NCBI GenBank assembly: GCA_963778655.1
Contig: CAVZVA010000011.1
Location: 416,001-480,000, forward strand
Direction: 5' to 3'
DNA: 64,000 bases
Source: an uncultured delta proteobacterium
GTDB taxonomy: Bacteria; Myxococcota_A; Polyangia; Polyangiales; JAFGIB01
Shown: positions 58,938-64,000 of the stretch, piece by piece
How positions within the stretch are numbered: position 1 is the stretch's first letter
How the letters are laid out: each line of letters opens with the position of its first letter
Notes under the pieces: model-generated
Told to the model about the DNA's origin: nothing
What the model saw: the letters and a program-made list of their open reading frames with translations, nothing else
Databases searched by the model: none
Position numbers and translations under genes: made by a program

Positions 58938-61022
58938 TTACAGCGTCTGTAGGTACGCCACCAGGTCGTCGAGCTGCGCGTCGTCGAGCTGCGCCGTCTG
59001 TCCGTGCTTGTCGCCGCCACAGCTCGGGTCGAAACGATCACGCAGCGTGGCCGCACAACCGTTGTGCAGGAATGGCGCGCGGTAAGCCACGCCCACCAGC
59101 GAGGGCACCTGGAACATGCCGCCGGTGCCCACGTCCACCGTCTTGTTGTTGGTGAGCTTGGGGCCGTTGTGACAGTCCGCGCAGCCCACGTCCTGCGCCT
59201 CGAACAGCGCCTTGCCGCGCAGCGCCGCAGGGTCGTCCGCGCTGCGCATGCGCGTCGGCGGCTGTTGGGCGTAGAGCCAGTGGCCGAGCGCGTCGATCCG
59301 CTCGGCGCTCTGGGGCGCGCCGCCCATGCGGTCGACCAGCACGTTGCTGACCAGCATGGTCAGATCCTTCATGTCGCCGCCCCAGTGAAATGGCGCCGTG
59401 CCCTCGAGCCCGACGTTGATCGACTGCGTGCGGCGGGGGCCGAGCCCGCTGAACTGCCACACGTGGCCGTCGTCGCCGCCCTCACCGTGACACGATGCAC
59501 ACGCGATGCCGCCGCCCGCGTCGCGGTGAAACAGCTCGTGGCCGGTGTCCAATCGGCTCTCGCCGCCGAGCGAGATGTCGTGCGAGCCCGCCCCACTCAG
59601 CACGCTCAGCAAGGCCGGCTCGCGGCTCTGTACCACCAGCGCTCCATCGGCCGTGTAGGCCACGGCGATCGGCTGGCCGTTGACCTGCATCGGCTGGCCG
59701 GCACAGGTATCCGGAACGCTGTTGTCAGCTCCGAAGCTCTGCGTGGACGCGGGCAGCACGGTCACCGTTCCGGTGCCGCCGGGCTCGCCGCCGAAGTTGA
59801 CGCCGGGCGGGAACACCCCAGGCGGCAGCATGCCGAAAAACGCCGCGGCGCCGCCCTGATCGCGGGTGCCCGCGCTGGCCACCGCGAGCGAGCCGTCGGG
59901 CGCGACCGCGACGTCCACCGGCAGCACTGCGCTGGCGATGCTGGCGGACTGCACCACGCCGCCGTTCTGATCGAGGATGCTGACGCCGGTCTCGACGATG
60001 CTCTGGCAGCTGTCGCCGTCGCCGTACGCGCTGGCGCCGCCGCCCGGCCCGGTCGTGCTCGGCGCGTCGGCCGAGCCGGGATCGTGCGGATCGGGGATCC
60101 GCACCGTATCCGTCATCTCGCGCTCGTGCAGCATTAACACGCGGCCGTCGCGCGTGGCGACCGCGCGCCGCGCCAGCGCGGGCTCGAAGGGGTGCGAGGC
60201 CGTATCGGTGATGCCGGTCTGGGGGTCGAGGGTGACCAGCGAGAGCAGCGCCGGATCCGGTCGATGCTGGTCGACCACCGCACCCTCGGCGTCGAGCTCG
60301 AGCAGGCTCGCGGATTTGAACTGCGTCACGAACACCCGACCGGCCTGCACCACCACGTCGCGCAGATCGGGCGCGACCTGGACGCGGCGCGTGAGCTCAC
60401 CCTGGCCGGCCGGCAGCGTGACCAAATCTCCGCTCTCGCACGCCACCAGCAGCGCGTCGCTGCCGGCGTCATAGGCGATGCCCCGCGGCGCCGCGCACGC
60501 GGCGCGCCGCTCGACCAGCGCCGGCTTGGCGATGTCGAGCGTGGCTACCGCATCGGCGCCGCGCAGCACGACATACACACGCCCGGCCGCGTCCTGCGCC
60601 AGCCGCCCGGGTTGATCGCCTGCGTCGAGCGCGATCTGACCCACGACCGTATTGCTGCGCAGGTCGACCACCGACACCCGATCGCGATCGGGATCGGCCG
60701 CCACCGCGGTGTAGCCGTCGCGCGCGATCATCAGCGTGCCGCCGCTGATCGGAGGCGGCGGGGTCGCGGCGATCACCGGCACGCGGGTGTCGGTGCCTTG
60801 CATGCTGCCGAAGCCCGAGCTCGCGACGTCCGGCGGCACCGCGCTGCTGGAGCTGCCGGCGGACGAGCCCGGCGCTGTGCCCGCGCTGCCCTGCGGCGAA
60901 GGCGCGCCGGGCGCCGCAGAGCTCCCGGCCGGCACCGTGCTCTGCTGCGCCGGCACGCCGCAGGCGCCGAGCAACACACCCAACCCCATCGCCCAATACA
61001 CGCGCACCGTAGCTTGCGTCAT
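58938..61022 (-). CDS. Lipoprotein with beta-propeller and di-heme cytochrome c (cytochrome c peroxidase/MauG-like) domain
   Basis: LLGAC lipobox; CASCH and CADCH; RRTQS, TAPFHWGG and VPSL...APFLHNG. Confidence 0.85.
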   Translation of the reverse strand: MTQATVRVYWAMGLGVLLGACGVPAQQSTVPAGSSAAPGAPSPQGSAGTAPGSSAGSSSSAVPPDVASSGFGSMQGTDTRVPVIAATPPPPISGGTLMIARDGYTAVAADPDRDRVSVVDLRSNTVVGQIALDAGDQPGRLAQDAAGRVYVVLRGADAVATLDIAKPALVERRAACAAPRGIAYDAGSDALLVACESGDLVTLPAGQGELTRRVQVAPDLRDVVVQAGRVFVTQFKSASLLELDAEGAVVDQHRPDPALLSLVTLDPQTGITDTASHPFEPALARRAVATRDGRVLMLHEREMTDTVRIPDPHDPGSADAPSTTGPGGGASAYGDGDSCQSIVETGVSILDQNGGVVQSASIASAVLPVDVAVAPDGSLAVASAGTRDQGGAAAFFGMLPPGVFPPGVNFGGEPGGTGTVTVLPASTQSFGADNSVPDTCAGQPMQVNGQPIAVAYTADGALVVQSREPALLSVLSGAGSHDISLGGESRLDTGHELFHRDAGGGIACASCHGEGGDDGHVWQFSGLGPRRTQSINVGLEGTAPFHWGGDMKDLTMLVSNVLVDRMGGAPQSAERIDALGHWLYAQQPPTRMRSADDPAALRGKALFEAQDVGCADCHNGPKLTNNKTVDVGTGGMFQVPSLVGVAYRAPFLHNGCAATLRDRFDPSCGGDKHGQTAQLDDAQLDDLVAYLQTL

Positions 61023-61234
61023 GGCTCCCTCTCCGCGACCCCCCCTGGGGTGTCTGCACGCAATAGCAACGACCGATCCAGACTGAAGCACAATGCCTGC
61101 GCGAGCAAGCGGACCGCGGGAGCTTCACAGCCTGAGCACCCCGAGTCGGAGCCAGCGCTCACGTTGACGCGCAAGCAGCTCGGGGTGGTGGCGCAAGAGC
61201 CGATGCTCTTGCACAGTGAGCGCGGGAGGCGGGG

Positions 61235-62659
61235 ATGCGCGCGCGAATCTCGGTGGTGGCGGGGCTGTCTCTGGCGTGCTGCGCGTGCGGCGGCAGCCAG
61301 CGAAGCGCGATCGCGGTCGGCAAGGACGGGGGTGGCAGGGCCGGCGCGGCCAGCATGACGGGTGACGCAGGCGCCCTCAACGGAACGACGGCGGGGCCGG
61401 CCGGGATCGGTGGCCAGCCCCCACCGATCTCGGCGGGAAGCATGGCCGTCCCCACCGGACCCTGCTTGCCCTGCGGCAACGGCTGCCTGGCTTGTGGCGG
61501 GGTGTGCTCGTGCTCGAGCGGGGCCGCCGCCCCGGTGCCGTGGAACCCACCATTCGACCACACCGGCGATCCGGGCTGGAAGGACGGCAGCACCCCGCTG
61601 TGCAGCGGGATCGATCAGAGCACCGGCCTCGACGTGTGGAGCGACGGCTCCGGCGTATACGTGCTGGTCAGCGGCACGGGCAATCCGGCGGCCACGCTGG
61701 GCGCGTCGATCGACGAAGATGCAGGCGCTGGCCCGGCGGACGCAGGCGGCGTGACCACGAGCGACCAGTACGGCCCGCGCACCGCGATCTGGCACGACGA
61801 CGGCAGCGGCTGGAAGCTCCAACTGGAGCGACCCGGCGTGGCCGGCGCGTTTGCGCTGACCGGATCGCCGAGCGGCGCGCTCCTGATCAACGACCCGCAG
61901 AGCGCCACCGATCCCAACGCGCAGCTGCCGCCCAACTTGATGCTCCCCGGGACGATCACACCGGAGATCCCGTGCTCCCTCGGCGTCGCGCACGGCAGCA
62001 CGCTGGACTGCCTGGATCTCGATCCGGTGCAGAGCGTGTTCGCGGTCGATCCCCAGCTGGCGTATGCCGTGATGGGAGGCACGCGGCTGCTCTCTTACGA
62101 CGGCACGCAGTGGCACGCGAACGCCGCGCTCATCCCCTACCCGGTGACCGCGCTGTGGGCCGACCACGACGGCGTGCTGGCGGTCGGCCACGCAGGGACC
62201 GTGCTGCGGTTGGAGCAAGACGGCTGGGTGCTCGACGACCCGGGAACGCTCGAGCACATCACCAGCGTGTGGGGGAGCGCGCGCGATGACCTGTGGCTCG
62301 GCACCTCGCAGGGCAACATCATCCACTACGACGGGATGCAGTGGACGCCGATGGGCCACGTGGGCGGCGTGACCTGCAGCGCGGTCACGCCGATCCGCGG
62401 CATCTGGGGGGCGGGCGGCACGGTCTACTTCTACAGCGACGAGGCGCTCGTGCGCTGGAACGGCTCGGAGCTCGAATCGATCGGCAACTGGTCGTGCGCA
62501 GTGACCAACGGCCTGGGCGGTACCACCATCACCGGGCTGTGGGGCAACGCCCCCGACGAGGTGTTCCTTACGATGCTCGATCCCAACCGCAGCGGCGTGG
62601 ATCCATGCGGCGTCGCCTTCGCGGTGAACTTCGATGGCAGCACCTTCCATCGCATGTGA
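61235..62659 (+). CDS. Hypothetical lipoprotein with WG-repeat beta-propeller
   Basis: Cys-containing signal peptide; repeats VWGSARDDLW, IWGAG, LWGNAPDEVF and YDGxQW. Confidence 0.75.
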   Translation: MRARISVVAGLSLACCACGGSQRSAIAVGKDGGGRAGAASMTGDAGALNGTTAGPAGIGGQPPPISAGSMAVPTGPCLPCGNGCLACGGVCSCSSGAAAPVPWNPPFDHTGDPGWKDGSTPLCSGIDQSTGLDVWSDGSGVYVLVSGTGNPAATLGASIDEDAGAGPADAGGVTTSDQYGPRTAIWHDDGSGWKLQLERPGVAGAFALTGSPSGALLINDPQSATDPNAQLPPNLMLPGTITPEIPCSLGVAHGSTLDCLDLDPVQSVFAVDPQLAYAVMGGTRLLSYDGTQWHANAALIPYPVTALWADHDGVLAVGHAGTVLRLEQDGWVLDDPGTLEHITSVWGSARDDLWLGTSQGNIIHYDGMQWTPMGHVGGVTCSAVTPIRGIWGAGGTVYFYSDEALVRWNGSELESIGNWSCAVTNGLGGTTITGLWGNAPDEVFLTMLDPNRSGVDPCGVAFAVNFDGSTFHRM

Positions 62660-62761
62660 CAGGAGGGCGGCCCGGACCGCGGCAATCCCGCAGCCGTCCC
62701 CGTCCCCGTCCTCTCAGTCGGTCCTGGTAGTCGCAGTCGGTCCTCGTCCTCGTAGTCCTTG

Positions 62762-64000
62762 CTACCCGCCCGCCAGCTCCGCGATCGCGGCGGTGAGCTG
62801 CGAGAGCTCGTTCGGCTCGATCACGTAGGGCGGCATCACGTAGACCAGCTTGCCGAAGGGCCGGATCCACACCCCGCGCTCGACGAAGCGCCGCTGCGCG
62901 GCCGCGACATCGACCGCTTGCTTCATCTCGACCACGCCGATCGCGCCCAGCACGCGCACGTCCGCGACCGCGGGCAGCGCGCGGCAAGGCTCGAGCTCGG
63001 CGCGCAGCTGGGCCTCGATCCGCCCGACGCGGCCCTGCCAGTCGGTGTCGAGCAGGGTCTGCACGCTGGCGCGCGCCACCGCGCAGGCCAGCGGGTTGGC
63101 CATGAAGGTGGGCCCGTGCATCAGCACGCCGCCGCCCTCACCGGCCGAGATGCCGTCGGCCACGCGCGCGCTGCACAGCGTGGCGGCCAGCGTGAGGTAG
63201 CCGCCGGTCAGCGCCTTGCCCAGACACAGGATGTCGGGGCGGACGCCTGCGTGCTCGCAGGCGAACAGCTTGCCGCTGCGCCCGAAGCCGGTCGCGATCT
63301 CGTCCGCGATCAGCAGCAGCCCGTGCGCGTCGCACAGCGCGCGCACCACGCGCAGGTATTGCGGGTGGTAGAAGCGCATCCCGCCCGCGCCCTGCACCAC
63401 CGGCTCGAGGATGACCGCGCACAGCTCCTCGGCGTGCGCGGCGATCAGATGCTCGATCTCGGCGCTCGCGCGCGCGTCCCAAGGCTCGCCGAAGCGGCAG
63501 CTCGGTACCGGCGCGAACAGCTGCTGCGCCAGCGCACCGGCGAACAGGTGGTGCATGCCGGTGTGCGGATCGCAGACCGACATCGCGCCCAGCGTGTCGC
63601 CGTGATAGCCGCCGGCCAGCGCGAGCACGCGCCGCCTGCGCGGCTTGCCCAGTGCCTGCTGGAACTGCAGCGCCATCTTGAGCGCCACCTCCACGCTGAC
63701 CGAGCCCGAGTCGCAGAAGAACAGGTGCGGCAGCGAGGTGAGCGCGCACAGCGTCTTGCCGAGCTCGATCGCGGGCTCGTGGGTCAGCCCGCCGAACATG
63801 ACGTGCGCCATGCGCTGCAGCTGCTGCTGCAGCGCCGCGTTGAGCGCCGGGTGGTTGTAGCCGTGGATCGCGCACCACCAGGAGGCCATGCCGTCGATCA
63901 GGCTGCGCCCGTCCGCGAGCTGCAGGCGCACGCCCGACGCGCCCGTCACCGCGTAGACCGGCAGCGGGTCGCGCATCGAGGTGTAGGGGTGCCACAGGTG
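62762..64000 (-). CDS. bioA: Adenosylmethionine-8-amino-7-oxononanoate aminotransferase (5' end beyond the window)
   Basis: [38 protein letters not shown] and HGPTFMANP. Confidence 0.96.
   Translation of the reverse strand, partial: HLWHPYTSMRDPLPVYAVTGASGVRLQLADGRSLIDGMASWWCAIHGYNHPALNAALQQQLQRMAHVMFGGLTHEPAIELGKTLCALTSLPHLFFCDSGSVSVEVALKMALQFQQALGKPRRRRVLALAGGYHGDTLGAMSVCDPHTGMHHLFAGALAQQLFAPVPSCRFGEPWDARASAEIEHLIAAHAEELCAVILEPVVQGAGGMRFYHPQYLRVVRALCDAHGLLLIADEIATGFGRSGKLFACEHAGVRPDILCLGKALTGGYLTLAATLCSARVADGISAGEGGGVLMHGPTFMANPLACAVARASVQTLLDTDWQGRVGRIEAQLRAELEPCRALPAVADVRVLGAIGVVEMKQAVDVAAAQRRFVERGVWIRPFGKLVYVMPPYVIEPNELSQLTAAIAELAGG

Noticed and set aside
62695..62760. Hexamer-periodic cgtccc/cgtcct tract (similar at about 34345-34390 and 58620-58670)
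   Set aside because: Low-complexity and degenerate; no unit or function could be defined.

Overview
Very GC-rich, gene-dense bacterial DNA. The gene families (Cys-rich lipoproteins, ABC1 kinase, stand-alone MotB-like protein, PHM-like monooxygenase lipoproteins) suggest Myxococcota; this is an inference. The left half holds fatty-acid and housekeeping genes (HMW-FabG, two acyl-CoA dehydrogenases, PAS hybrid kinase, USP, adenosine kinase, infA, DegP/Q, hspQ, ALDH, argC). It also has two tandem cytochrome-c/copper-monooxygenase lipoproteins. The most notable region is about 37.7-58.6 kb. It encodes an AttH/CrtC-like-polyprenyl synthase fusion, five SAM methyltransferases, a LolA-like carrier, an outer-membrane barrel, a HAD hydrolase, a LolD-like ATPase and four paralogous TMTC-like (GT-C fold) membrane proteins; a fifth paralog lies at 28.8-30.7 kb. 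Together these look like an undescribed prenyl-lipid/glycosylation envelope system. Inside it is an 8.3-copy, 98-bp palindromic tandem array. Relatives of the array unit are inserted in frame into two GT-C genes. Other points: a probable CTG start for infA, three frameshifted genes and three gene remnants. No rRNA, tRNA, CRISPR or transposase was seen. All family assignments come from motif recognition by eye; no database searches were run.
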